Below, one piece after another: positions 18,513-27,597 of a stretch of 54,809 bases of DNA (the first letter of the stretch is position 1; every line of letters starts with the position of its first letter). The notes beneath the pieces were generated by a model that saw only the letters and a program-made list of their open reading frames with translations, was not told the DNA's origin and ran no database searches. The DNA is from a virus (taxonomy: Duplodnaviria > Caudoviricetes): positions 1 through 54,809 of the IMG/VR virus record IMGVR_UViG_3300012985_000013; one strand, given 5' to 3'. The position numbers and the translations under genes were made by a program.

Positions 18513-19847
18513 ATGCAGAGGATCATGAAGGGAGCCGTCGCGATCACCGCGGCGCTGCTCGTCGCCGCGCCCACCGCGGCGTTCGCCACCACGCAGCAGG
18601 ACGAGGCCGCGGCCGAGATCTGCTACGAGGACAGCACCAAGACCGAGATCACCTACGCGCTGCAGCGCAGCGACTGGGTAGCCGGAGTGCCGGAGGTTCC
18701 GGCGGTGCCTGAGTCGTACGCCCCGCAGGGGAACTACGGCGACACGCGATCGGCCGGCCACTACCAGGCCGAGTCGGGCGCGCTCCACATCTGGACCGAC
18801 GACGCATCATCGCAGGCGAAGGTCGCCGGCTACCTCGCGACGTCGATCCCGCTGGCCAGTGTGACGAGCGCGACTCTGGACTACACGCTCGTCAACGGCA
18901 TCACCCCGGGCACACAGCTGGTGGTCGACATCGACGGCGACGGCGCGGGCGACGGCATCCTCGTCGGCGAGCCGGTGTACGGCGGCGACTTCTGGCTGAG
19001 CAACAGCGCGAGCGCAGCGTTCAAGGCACTCGCCCCGCAGGTCGGCGGCGGCTTCGGCTCGGAGAACCACGGCCTGCTCACAGAGTGGGCGGCCGCGGCG
19101 CCGGATGCCACAGTCGTGGCCGTCGGCTTCTCGCTCGGCTCTGGCGTGCACGGCGAGGGCTACGTCAACGGCCTGGTCGTGGCGGGCACCACGTACTCGT
19201 TCGTCTCGTACAACGCCGGGACGCCTGGCGTGCCCGGAGTGCCCGAGCACTACACGGACTGGTACGAGGTGTCCACGGGCCAGGGCGAGACGCTGCCGGA
19301 TGATCGCGCCGACGGCGAGGAGTTCCAGACGGATGCCCTCTACCGCTACGTGGTGACTGGCGAGGTCGAGGTTCCGACCCGGACCGAGGTCGAGTGCCCG
19401 GCGCAGCCCGAGCCGCTGACGGGCGTGGACTACGAGTCGGCGCCCGGAGTGTGCATCGAGCCGCTCGATGGCACTGCGACCGTCGAGGTCTACGCCACCG
19501 CGTGGACCCAGGCGTACACGTGGGACACCGATGGTGAGGCATGGGTGCTGGGCGACAAGGTGTTCGAGCGTCAGGTCTTCGACCACGCCGAGGCTGTGCC
19601 GTCCGATGAGTGCGAGCCGGAGGTGGTCGTCGAGCCCACGCCGGATCCGACGCCGAGTGCGGAGCCCACGCCGACGGCAACACCGGAGCCCACCGTCCCG
19701 CCGCAGCCGACGGCTGGCGAGGACACCCTCGCCGCGACCGGTGGTGACAATGGCGCGGTCGCGCTGCTCACGGCGGGCGCGCTGCTCATCGCCGGCATCG
19801 CGATCACTGCGGTGCTGGAGATCCGCCGCCGCCGCACGGACCGGTAG
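18513..19847 (+). CDS. Secreted cell-wall-anchored surface protein with LAxTG sortase signal
   Basis: Sec signal peptide MQRIMKGAVAITAALLVAAPTAAFA; Pro/Thr-rich stalk; C-terminal LAATG + TM helix + RRRR tail; AGGAG RBS. Confidence 0.85.
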   Translation: MQRIMKGAVAITAALLVAAPTAAFATTQQDEAAAEICYEDSTKTEITYALQRSDWVAGVPEVPAVPESYAPQGNYGDTRSAGHYQAESGALHIWTDDASSQAKVAGYLATSIPLASVTSATLDYTLVNGITPGTQLVVDIDGDGAGDGILVGEPVYGGDFWLSNSASAAFKALAPQVGGGFGSENHGLLTEWAAAAPDATVVAVGFSLGSGVHGEGYVNGLVVAGTTYSFVSYNAGTPGVPGVPEHYTDWYEVSTGQGETLPDDRADGEEFQTDALYRYVVTGEVEVPTRTEVECPAQPEPLTGVDYESAPGVCIEPLDGTATVEVYATAWTQAYTWDTDGEAWVLGDKVFERQVFDHAEAVPSDECEPEVVVEPTPDPTPSAEPTPTATPEPTVPPQPTAGEDTLAATGGDNGAVALLTAGALLIAGIAITAVLEIRRRRTDR

Positions 19848-19853
19848 CAGAAC

Positions 19854-19886
19854 GGGAGGGCCGGACACCCGAAGTCCGGCCCTCCC
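19854..19886 (+). terminator. Stem-loop after the surface protein gene
   Basis: gggagggccggac-acccgaa-gtccggccctccc, 13-bp perfect stem. Confidence 0.65.
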
Positions 19887-20049
19887 TACCCCAAGGAGTA
19901 CATCATGCACGACGATGAACCGCTCGACCTCGGCGAGATCGAGCCCGGCCAGGTCGCACGGTGGAAGTCGCGCGACGGCAAGACGATCTTCGCCCCGGAC
20001 GGGGAGCACGCCGACGACTGCAGCTGTCGAGTCTGCGACCCGCATGCCC

Positions 20050-20304
20050 ATGAGTAGGCGTCGCATCCCCTGGTCCGAGGTCGCCGCGATGGCGCGGCAG
20101 GCCGATGGCGTCTGGCGCCTGCACCCCTCGCTCGCCACCGCCGACCCGCACCTGCTGCAGCACGCACGCCGGCGCGTCCGCGCGCTGCGCCCCACACCCA
20201 CCCACGTCTACGAGTTCGCTCGTGGCGAGGTCGGAGAGGACTCTCTCGGCCGCCCCCTGTTCGCCATCTACATCCGCTACGTCCCGAAGGGAACCGACCC
20301 GTGA
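20050..20304 (+). CDS. Hypothetical protein
   Basis: MSRRRIPWSEV... Confidence 0.6.
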   Translation: MSRRRIPWSEVAAMARQADGVWRLHPSLATADPHLLQHARRRVRALRPTPTHVYEFARGEVGEDSLGRPLFAIYIRYVPKGTDP

Positions 20305-20588
20305 CCGACACACTCAGCCTGCCTGACCCCGGCGAACACCGATACTGGGAGATCAAGCACCAGCCCCAGAAGAAGGCGACGCCACTGCGCCTCGAACTGC
20401 GCGAGCACACGCACAAGGACGGCGTGCGACACGTCGAGTCGTGGACCAGGCTGATCGGCTACGACGACACGGTCGCCCTGCCCAGCAAGGTCGCCGAGTC
20501 GGCCGAGAAGATCCTCGAGGTCGCCGGCCGCGTCGACGAGTTCGTCGGCATGCACCACAACAAGAGAAGGATCGAGGAGTCCGCATGA
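20301..20588 (+). CDS. Hypothetical protein
   Basis: GAAGGGAAC RBS. Confidence 0.7.
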   Translation: MTDTLSLPDPGEHRYWEIKHQPQKKATPLRLELREHTHKDGVRHVESWTRLIGYDDTVALPSKVAESAEKILEVAGRVDEFVGMHHNKRRIEESA

Positions 20589-20875
20589 GCACGCGAACCG
20601 AACTGCAGCCCCACATCCGCCCGGTCTACGTCGACCCACACCTGCACGAGGAGGTGAAGAAGTACGCCGATACTCACGGCACGAGCGTCTCCGAGGTGCT
20701 GCGCGACGCGATGGCCGGCTTCACGGCGGGCAGCTACCCGGCGCGTCGGCGCATCTTCAAGCGCGTGAACATCTGGGTGGAGCCCGAGGAGTACGCCGCC
20801 TTCGTGAAGAAGGCGAAGGAGTCGGGAGTGACAATCCGTCACGCCCTGGAGATCGCAATGGAGGAGACGCTGTGA
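20585..20875 (+). CDS. Tandem ribbon-helix-helix DNA-binding protein
   Basis: Two RHH units: VYVDPHLHEEVKKYADTHGTSVSEVLRDAM and VNIWVEPEEYAAFVKKAKESGVTIRHALEIAM. Confidence 0.8.
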   Translation: MSTRTELQPHIRPVYVDPHLHEEVKKYADTHGTSVSEVLRDAMAGFTAGSYPARRRIFKRVNIWVEPEEYAAFVKKAKESGVTIRHALEIAMEETL

Positions 20876-21168
20876 GCCAGATCTCGATCGAGATCACGCC
20901 GGGCCCGGACCCGGAGCACCCCGAGAACGGGGCGTCAGGGACGATCGACATCATCGATGCGTCCGAGCAGACCGCAGTGTCGCTGATCCTGATGTACCTC
21001 GAGAACTTCATCAGCCACGGCATCCGCGCCCAGCTGGATGAGGCGATGCCGATGGGCAACACGGAGGTGCTCGACGCGCTCACGATCCAGAATGCGCGCC
21101 TGTCGCTGCTGCACGAGGTGATGCATCTGCCCGCATCCGACACGGCATCCGTGCAATTCGACTACTGA
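20872..21168 (+). CDS. Hypothetical protein
   Basis: GAGGAG RBS, GTGA overlap. Confidence 0.65.
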   Translation: MSQISIEITPGPDPEHPENGASGTIDIIDASEQTAVSLILMYLENFISHGIRAQLDEAMPMGNTEVLDALTIQNARLSLLHEVMHLPASDTASVQFDY

Positions 21169-21193
21169 TCTGCCCCAGTTTGGGGCAGAAAGA

Positions 21194-21239
21194 CGTATCG
21201 CCCCCGCGGACCTTGAGGGTCAAACGCGGGGGCGATACG
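21194..21239 (+). terminator. Long stem-loop separating accessory and replication modules
   Basis: cgtatcgcccccgcg...cgcgggggcgatacg, 15-bp stem directly after a palindrome copy. Confidence 0.55.
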
Positions 21240-21315
21240 CTGAGACTCGTTCACTGACCCGAGGCCAGTATTCCTGGTCCTGGGTTCATGCGCAACCCAC
21301 GAAGGGATATTTGTC

Positions 21316-21591
21316 ATGCGTAATTCGCCCACTACATCTGGTGGCCAGTCGTCTTCCCTGCCCCAAGATGACGGACGAACACACGTGTTCGTGATCTTCC
21401 CGGACAACTCCGGCTACCAGGTGTCGTTCGGACACTGGCCCTTCCGCGCTGACGCCGAGCAGTTCAAGGCCGCCGTCGAATCCGACGGCACCGGGCGGCG
21501 CGTCGCGATCAACCCGGAGGGCGTCTGGGACAACGTCGTCTCGTGGACCGCAGGCGACAGCATCGCCGCGCGAGTGGCGGCAGTAGCGTGA
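21316..21591 (+). CDS. Hypothetical protein
   Basis: GAAGGGA RBS. Confidence 0.6.
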   Translation: MRNSPTTSGGQSSSLPQDDGRTHVFVIFPDNSGYQVSFGHWPFRADAEQFKAAVESDGTGRRVAINPEGVWDNVVSWTAGDSIAARVAAVA

Positions 21592-22439
21592 GCGTCGACG
21601 CTAGCCTGTTCGGCGACTCGGACTTCATCGCGGTGCGCGCTGCACTGATCGCCGAGGTCGGCGCGGTCGAGGCGATTGTCCTGACCCGCATCCACTTCCG
21701 CGCCAGCGAGTCCTACCGCCACGCCTATGAACGTGATGGCCAGTGGTGGTGGCGGGCGCCGGTTCCCACGATCTCGGAAGAGACGGGGCTCAGCGAGAAG
21801 CAGGTGCGACGGGCCCTCGATGTGCTCGCTGCGGCCGGCCACATCATCGCGGAGCAGCACCAGATCGAGGGTCGGTATGACCGCGCAAAGTCGGTGCGCG
21901 TCAGCCTTACTGGTGGGCAGATGCATCTGCCCCAGAGGGCCGATGAACATCTGCCCCAGGGGGCCGATGTTCCTTCTATGAAGAAAGTAGAAGACACTCC
22001 CCCTACCCCCTCAGCTGATGACGAGCACTTCATCGTCTCCGACTGGTTCGAGGAAGCCTGGAAGGCATGGCCTCGCAAGGACGGCAAGGCCGCCGCGAAG
22101 AAAGCGTGGCTCAAGGCGTCTCGCCTGCACGAGCGCGCCGTCCGTCACGGCGAGGTGCCCGGGGCCCAGGCCAACACCGCATCGTGGGGCATGCAGGCCC
22201 TGCTGCGCGACACCGTGAAGCGATTCGCGGCGGCGTATCAGCGCACGACCGCCCCGAAGTTCATCCCGCACCTGTCCTCCTGGCTCAACCAGGAGCGCTG
22301 GACCGACCCGCTGCCTGTCGACCAGACTCGCGGCGCGTACAAGCCGGAGCCACAGCAGCCGGCCACGCCCAAGATCCCGTTCGGCCACCGCCCCGTGTGG
22401 AAGGACGGCTACATCGTCGGATCGGAGCCCATCGAATGA
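21588..22439 (+). CDS. Replication initiator protein (N-terminal HTH, lambda O-like organisation)
   Basis: HTH ISEETGLSEKQVRRALDVL; C-terminal FEEAWKAWPRKDGKAAAKKAW...FIPHLSSWLNQERW; internal iterons; upstream of DnaB. Confidence 0.8.
   Translation: MSVDASLFGDSDFIAVRAALIAEVGAVEAIVLTRIHFRASESYRHAYERDGQWWWRAPVPTISEETGLSEKQVRRALDVLAAAGHIIAEQHQIEGRYDRAKSVRVSLTGGQMHLPQRADEHLPQGADVPSMKKVEDTPPTPSADDEHFIVSDWFEEAWKAWPRKDGKAAAKKAWLKASRLHERAVRHGEVPGAQANTASWGMQALLRDTVKRFAAAYQRTTAPKFIPHLSSWLNQERWTDPLPVDQTRGAYKPEPQQPATPKIPFGHRPVWKDGYIVGSEPIE
21915..21995. repeat. Putative origin: palindrome + two 22-bp iterons + AT-rich tract
   Basis: gggcagatgcatctgccc (21915-32); catctgccccagRgggccgatg at 21924 and 21948; then ttccttctatgaagaaagtagaaga. 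Confidence 0.7.
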
Positions 22440-22777
22440 CCTCGTTCGTCCCCCTCACGCACATCTTCGTCGTCAATGCCGACGGGTCCGGCCACCTCGC
22501 CGCTGTCGGTCACACCCTCGAAGATGCTGTGTACATCTCCAGCGCACTCGAGGACGCCTACCCGGGTAGCACCGTCGTAATCGACCCCCCCACGTTCGGT
22601 CTGATGCAGAACATTCTCAAGTGGAGCCCGCGCGGCTTCACGGATGCCGCCAGGGCCGTCCCGTGGCGCGACTTCCTCGTGGAGCGTGCCAAGCATGACT
22701 CTCTCCGCGAGACATTCGCCGCCCTCTACCAACACGTCGAGACGCCCAACGGCTACGACCGATGGGAGATGCGGTGA
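22436..22777 (+). CDS. Hypothetical protein
   Basis: ATGA overlap with initiator. Confidence 0.6.
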   Translation: MTSFVPLTHIFVVNADGSGHLAAVGHTLEDAVYISSALEDAYPGSTVVIDPPTFGLMQNILKWSPRGFTDAARAVPWRDFLVERAKHDSLRETFAALYQHVETPNGYDRWEMR

Positions 22778-22880
22778 TCTGGCACAAGCTGTTCCACCGC
22801 GTGACCATGCTCCAGATGACGAGCCTGTCCCGGCCGCGGCTCTGGCTGTGCTCCTGCGGGAAGAAGTGGAACCCGTCGCT

Positions 22881-24170
22881 GTGAGCGCACAGACCGACGT
22901 GATGGCCGCCGAGCAGTCCACGCTCGGTGGCATGATGCTCAAGCGCAGCGTGTGCGAGGACGTCATGGAGACGCTGTACGCCAGCGACTTCCAGGCGCCG
23001 CGGCACGAGGTCATCTACGAGACGATCGTGCGCCTGTTCAACGGCGGACACCCGACCGACACCGTCGCCGTCACCGACGCGCTCATCACCGCAGGGCTGC
23101 TGCAGCAGGCGGGCGGTGCTGACTACCTGCACACGCTCACCTCCGTCGTCCCCGTCGCCGTGCAAGCGCCGTACTACGCGGCCATCGTGCACGACGCGGC
23201 CGTGCTGCGGCGGATGGGGGAACTCGGCGCGAGCATGCAGCAGTGGGCGCAGCGCGGCGGCGATCCGACGACGATGGTCGAGACGGCGCGGGCGAAGATG
23301 GACGACGTGCTCGGGATGCGCAAGCAGTCGCTCGTCTACGTCGGCGACCTGATCGACGAGATCGTCGCCGACGCCGAGCGACCGCGCCGCGTCTACCCCT
23401 CGCCGTGGTCGTCGCTCGACCCGACTCTCGGCGGCGGCTTCCGCCCCGGCGCGCTGTACGTCCTGGCCGCGCGGCCCGGCATCGGCAAGACGGCCATCGC
23501 GCTGCAGATCGCGTCGGCGCTCGCGGATGCCGGACCCGTGGCGTTCTCCTCGCTGGAGATGCCGCGCGAGGAACTCGTGCGACGCATCATCGCGCAGGGT
23601 GCGGAGATGCCGCACCACCTCCTCGAGGCGGGCCGGCCGATGCCCGAGTTCTTCAAGGCGAAGATCGAGCAGTGGCAGCTGATGGCGCCGCACGCCGTCG
23701 CGATCGACGACCGCGGCACCGTCACGGTCGGCGACATCCGGGCGCACGCCCGCGCCGTGAAGCGGCCCGCCGGCAAGCTCGCTGGCGTGGTCGTTGACTA
23801 CCTGCAGCTGATGGGCGGCCCCGCCGGCGTCAACCGCCAGGAGGTCGTGGCCGAGAACGCCCGCCAGATGAAGCTGATGGCGCGCGAACTCGACTGCCCT
23901 GTGGTCCTGCTGAGCCAGCTGAACCGCGACCCGGAGAAGCGCATGGACAAGCGCCCGCAGCTGTCGGATCTGCGCGAGTCTGGCGCGATCGAGCAGGACG
24001 CCGACGTCGTCATGATGCTGTACCGCGACCCCGATTTCGAGCAGGCGGGGGGCAACGAGGTTCCGCTGCCGATTCCGCTCGAACTCGCCGTGGCGAAGAA
24101 CCGCCACGGCGCACCGATGACCCACACCCTGATGTGGGAGGGCTCGCAGATGCGGGCGTACGACCGATGA
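22881..24170 (+). CDS. dnaB: DnaB-like replicative helicase
   Basis: AEQSTLG, AARPGIGKT, SLEM, VVDYLQL, LSQLNR, RPQLSDLRESGAIEQDADVV, KNRHG motifs. Confidence 0.96.
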   Translation: MSAQTDVMAAEQSTLGGMMLKRSVCEDVMETLYASDFQAPRHEVIYETIVRLFNGGHPTDTVAVTDALITAGLLQQAGGADYLHTLTSVVPVAVQAPYYAAIVHDAAVLRRMGELGASMQQWAQRGGDPTTMVETARAKMDDVLGMRKQSLVYVGDLIDEIVADAERPRRVYPSPWSSLDPTLGGGFRPGALYVLAARPGIGKTAIALQIASALADAGPVAFSSLEMPREELVRRIIAQGAEMPHHLLEAGRPMPEFFKAKIEQWQLMAPHAVAIDDRGTVTVGDIRAHARAVKRPAGKLAGVVVDYLQLMGGPAGVNRQEVVAENARQMKLMARELDCPVVLLSQLNRDPEKRMDKRPQLSDLRESGAIEQDADVVMMLYRDPDFEQAGGNEVPLPIPLELAVAKNRHGAPMTHTLMWEGSQMRAYDR

Positions 24171-24448
24171 AGGAGATGGAGATGGAGCAGAACGACCCCA
24201 TGCCCGCGACGGACGCCGTTGCGATCATCGCGGAGACGGACGAGCCGGAGCCGATGCGGCCCGGGAAGACGTACTACGTCAACGCGAACGGCGTGCTGAC
24301 GGAACTCCCGCCGGCCGCGCCGGCGCCGACGTGGCGACGCGCGAACCGTGGTGAACTGGCGATCTGGTTCGCACTCGGGATGGGCGCGATGGTCGTCCTT
24401 ACGGTGATCGCGGCGGCGGTCTGGACGATCGTGGCGGTGGCGCTGTGA
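24167..24448 (+). CDS. Membrane protein
   Basis: C-terminal TM segment. Confidence 0.65.
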   Translation: MKEMEMEQNDPMPATDAVAIIAETDEPEPMRPGKTYYVNANGVLTELPPAAPAPTWRRANRGELAIWFALGMGAMVVLTVIAAAVWTIVAVAL

Positions 24449-24750
24449 CGTTCTACAAGCCGATCCTCGCGACCAGCCGTCCACTCAGCAAGGGTCGCGC
24501 CTGTCCGCGCTGCGGCGGCGTGATGAGCGACCGCCACCCCTCGCTCCAATGCGCGGACTGCAACGACATCGTCCGCCTGGAGAAGTCGTACGCCCGATGG
24601 GGCGTCGACCTCCTGCTCATGACCGAACTCGAGTTCCTCGAACTGGAGGAGGCATCAGCGCACAACCGCAAACACATCCTTCGCCGCATCGGCAAGAAGC
24701 ACCAGGCCATGAACGCACACCCCAGCATGCAAGGAAAGGCAGCAGCGTGA
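24445..24750 (+). CDS. Zn-ribbon protein
   Basis: CPRC...CADC. Confidence 0.65.
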   Translation: MTFYKPILATSRPLSKGRACPRCGGVMSDRHPSLQCADCNDIVRLEKSYARWGVDLLLMTELEFLELEEASAHNRKHILRRIGKKHQAMNAHPSMQGKAAA

Positions 24751-25244
24751 GCACACTCGAACTGACCCGACGGGTCGAACAGATCACGAGCGAGATCGGA
24801 CTCGCCGATAACTTCGCCGTCCGCATCGGCTACAACGAGGCTGACATGCTGTTCGTCCAGATCCGGTGCTGGCGCAAGGACATCATCACCGGCGAGATGG
24901 GCGCCGGCTACGGCGGCAAGGCGTACATCTCCGAGCACGCCACGGACTCCGAGATCGTGCAGACGGTGTTCGGCCTATACAAGGGGTACTACGAGCACGA
25001 GGCGCGCGAGTCGTTCCAGTGGCGCGGCCGCCGGGTGTTCGGCCCGCACATCGCGACCGAGGCGCTGTGGGATGTCGCGCGCCGCGTCGACGTGCGGTCG
25101 GCACGGCATGTCGAAGACGCCGGCCCGTGGCTGCAGCCGGATGCCGCCGAGAAGCTGGCAGCCTGGCGCGCCGAGGATCCCGAGGCCCGCGCCACGATGT
25201 TCCCGTCGCGCGAATGGCGCGACTTCGCGGCGGCGAGCGTGTGA
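24747..25244 (+). CDS. Conserved hypothetical phage protein
   Basis: EHEARESFQWRGRRVFGPH motif; GAAAGG RBS. Confidence 0.75.
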   Translation: MSTLELTRRVEQITSEIGLADNFAVRIGYNEADMLFVQIRCWRKDIITGEMGAGYGGKAYISEHATDSEIVQTVFGLYKGYYEHEARESFQWRGRRVFGPHIATEALWDVARRVDVRSARHVEDAGPWLQPDAAEKLAAWRAEDPEARATMFPSREWRDFAAASV

Positions 25245-25344
25245 TGGACGACGAGGAGGATCGGGTCGGTGCTCTCACCCTGATCCATCAGCAGTACGGC
25301 ATCCCGGACGCGCGGCCGGAGTGGCTGCGCGTGAGCACCGTCGA

Positions 25345-25384
25345 TTGACGCAAGGAGTGAAAGGGAGTAATCTGTATCACATAA
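25345..25384 (+). promoter_or_regulatory. Sigma70-type promoter with downstream CTGTATCACATAA motif
   Basis: TTGACG 25345-50, 17 bp, TAATCT 25368-73. Confidence 0.75.
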
Positions 25385-25406
25385 CTCGCAGCGAAGGGAA
25401 CACCGC

Positions 25407-25619
25407 ATGACAGCTGGTGAAGCACGAGTCCGACAGGCCAAGTTCGTCGTCTTCCAGGACGCGCCGACCGACGAGGAGCGGCTGGCCGCCGTGCTCGTGA
25501 CACGCGACCCCGACACCGGCGCGACCAAGGTCTACACCAAGGACGTCCCCGGACGACCGCAGCCCGACCCCGAGATCGTCGCCATGCTCGCGCAGAGCGT
25601 CGCTCTCCAGAACCTGTAG
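25407..25619 (+). CDS. Hypothetical protein
   Basis: GAAGGGAAC RBS. Confidence 0.65.
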   Translation: MTAGEARVRQAKFVVFQDAPTDEERLAAVLVTRDPDTGATKVYTKDVPGRPQPDPEIVAMLAQSVALQNL

Positions 25620-25627
25620 GAGCACAC

Positions 25628-25933
25628 ATGCGACGAGGAACCACACTCCTGCCGACGCCTGACGGCACCCGGCACCAGACCGTCGAGGTCATCCACCTCC
25701 AGACGAGCCAGGACATCATCGACCTGCGCGAGGACGAGGCATTCCACGAGGGCGCGATGAGCGTCCTTCGATTCAAGACGGCGCCCGCCCAGGGCTTCAT
25801 CTCGCACGACGGCCCGCCCCGTGCATTCAGTGGCATCCGGTTCATGCCGGGTGCCTACATCACCAAGGACGAGGCGGGAAACTTCTCCTTCCTCCGAGAC
25901 GAGAACGCGTTCCGGGAGGGCGCCACCGCATGA
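25628..25933 (+). CDS. Hypothetical protein
   Basis: AGGAG RBS. Confidence 0.7.
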   Translation: MRRGTTLLPTPDGTRHQTVEVIHLQTSQDIIDLREDEAFHEGAMSVLRFKTAPAQGFISHDGPPRAFSGIRFMPGAYITKDEAGNFSFLRDENAFREGATA

Positions 25934-26580
25934 CCATCAGCATTCGCATCAGCCGTAGCGAACCCCCCGTCGAACGCCCTGTCGGCGGCCTCGTCGGCGC
26001 GTTCGTCGGCGGCACGCAGTACATCCAGCAGGGATCGACCGACGTCGAGATCACCGCTGATGAGGCAGCATTCGAGACGGCCGGCGAACTGGCCGGCTGG
26101 GTCGAGGAGGTCGCGCCCGTCGCAGCATCCACGTTCCGCCACGCGGCGCTGGGCGAGATCGTCGCGTTATTCACCGACGAGGCGGCCGGTCCGAACGTTG
26201 CCGACCTGCGCACCACGACCGAGGCGGAAGCGGATGCCAACGCCGAGGGTTACGTGGGCAACGGGGATGCCGACGACTTCGTGGACGAGGATGCCGAGTA
26301 CGGCATCGTCATGCCGTTCACGATCGTGCAGAGCAAGGGTGGCCCCCACGAGGACAGCGCTTTCACCTCCGGCTACCGGATGGGCACGGCTGACATGACG
26401 CTCAGCACCCTCAACCACCTCGGGGCGCTGGCGTGGGACTACTTCGCCCGGGTCGAGGAGCACGACCAACTCGATCTGATCGCGATGCGTCACGGCTACT
26501 CGGTCACGATGGTGGAACTCACGGACGGGTGGGCAACGTTCGACTTCCGACGTGTCGTGCCAACGAGACAGGCCGAATGA
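25930..26580 (+). CDS. Hypothetical acidic protein
   Basis: GGAGG RBS, ATGA overlap. Confidence 0.7.
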   Translation: MTISIRISRSEPPVERPVGGLVGAFVGGTQYIQQGSTDVEITADEAAFETAGELAGWVEEVAPVAASTFRHAALGEIVALFTDEAAGPNVADLRTTTEAEADANAEGYVGNGDADDFVDEDAEYGIVMPFTIVQSKGGPHEDSAFTSGYRMGTADMTLSTLNHLGALAWDYFARVEEHDQLDLIAMRHGYSVTMVELTDGWATFDFRRVVPTRQAE

Positions 26581-26751
26581 TGCGCGGGGCCATTGAGGCG
26601 GTGTCGACCGAGGATCGCTACTGGGACAAGGTGGATCGCTCCGGTGGCCCCACCGCTTGCTGGCCGTGACATACCAGAGAACACTCGCATCCAGGTGCGA
26701 ACTAACACCGAGTCTCGCAAGTGCCGCACGTGCGAGAGAGAGAAGGGCTGA
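26577..26751 (+). pseudogene. Internally deleted HNH homing endonuclease relic
   Basis: N-terminal RYWDKVDRSGGPTACWP then stop, followed in another frame by PENTRIQ...RKCRTCEREKG*; HNH core absent. Confidence 0.65.
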
Positions 26752-26754
26752 ACC

Positions 26755-27330
26755 ATCGCCGGAGAGACAATCGTGACTGTGGTCGGAAACTTGACTGCAG
26801 ATCCAGAGATCAGGTACACGCAGAACGGCCTGCCCGTCGCGAACTTCACGATCGCGTCGACGCCGCGCCACTTCGACCGTCAGAGCAACGAGTGGAAGGA
26901 CGACGAGGCGCTGTTCCTGCGGGCGAGCGTGTGGCGCGACTTTGCCGAGAACGTCGCGACGTCGCTGACCAAGGGCATGCGGGTCATCGCGACCGGCCGC
27001 CTCAAGCAGCGCTCGTACGAGGACCGCGAGGGCAACAAGCGCACCGCGATCGAACTCGAGATCGACGAGATCGGCCCATCGCTGCGCTACGCCCAGGCTG
27101 TCGTGCAGAAGATCCAGCGTGACGGCATGACGCGCCAGCAGCCGAGCGCCCACCAGCAGGCGCAGGACGAGGCGTGGGCGACGCCGCCGGCCGAGCAGTA
27201 CCAGGAGCCGTGGGCGACCCCCGGGTCAAGCCAGGCTGCCCAGCAGCAGCCGCTCGACGGCGTCGGGCTCAGCGGCTCGCAGGATGCCTGGGCGACGCCG
27301 AACGACTACGGCGACGACACCCCGTTCTGA
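26755..27330 (+). CDS. ssb: Single-stranded DNA-binding protein
   Basis: (I/M)[24 protein letters not shown]...GRLKQRSYE...DDTPF acidic tail; start is ATC 26755 or GTG 26773. Confidence 0.95.
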   Translation: MAGETIVTVVGNLTADPEIRYTQNGLPVANFTIASTPRHFDRQSNEWKDDEALFLRASVWRDFAENVATSLTKGMRVIATGRLKQRSYEDREGNKRTAIELEIDEIGPSLRYAQAVVQKIQRDGMTRQQPSAHQQAQDEAWATPPAEQYQEPWATPGSSQAAQQQPLDGVGLSGSQDAWATPNDYGDDTPF

Positions 27331-27414
27331 CAGACCGAGGGGCGGTGCGTTACGCGAAGCCCTTGGTGGATCAAGCCTCTGTCCACCGCCCCTCCCCACC
27401 CCGAAGGGAATGAC

Positions 27415-27597
27415 ATGGCACTTCTCGTGCTGGACGGCTCGGGCGACACGCTCGGCCAGATCGAATCTCTCGACGAACTCGACAAGGCGCCCGACTGGGA
27501 GAACGCCCTCGGTCGAACCGTCCGTCAGATCGCCAACGCGAACGACGGCTACATCGAAGACGAAGACGGCAGCGTCGTCTGGGACGGGGCGGAGTAG
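27415..27597 (+). CDS. Small acidic hypothetical protein
   Basis: GAAGGGA RBS. Confidence 0.65.
   Translation: MALLVLDGSGDTLGQIESLDELDKAPDWENALGRTVRQIANANDGYIEDEDGSVVWDGAE

Noticed and set aside
7504-21186. Palindromic repeats as a CRISPR array or integron attC sites
   Set aside because: Only 15 bp long, spacing irregular (80 bp to kb), many inside genes, and no cas gene or integron integrase in the window
21360-21374. GCCCCAAGATGACGG as another palindrome copy
   Set aside because: Only one half-site matches; not counted
22644-22880. N-terminal extension of DnaB in the ORF track
   Set aside because: DnaB similarity begins near 22881; the upstream part overlaps 22436..22777 and a probable 36-aa ORF at 22774..22884
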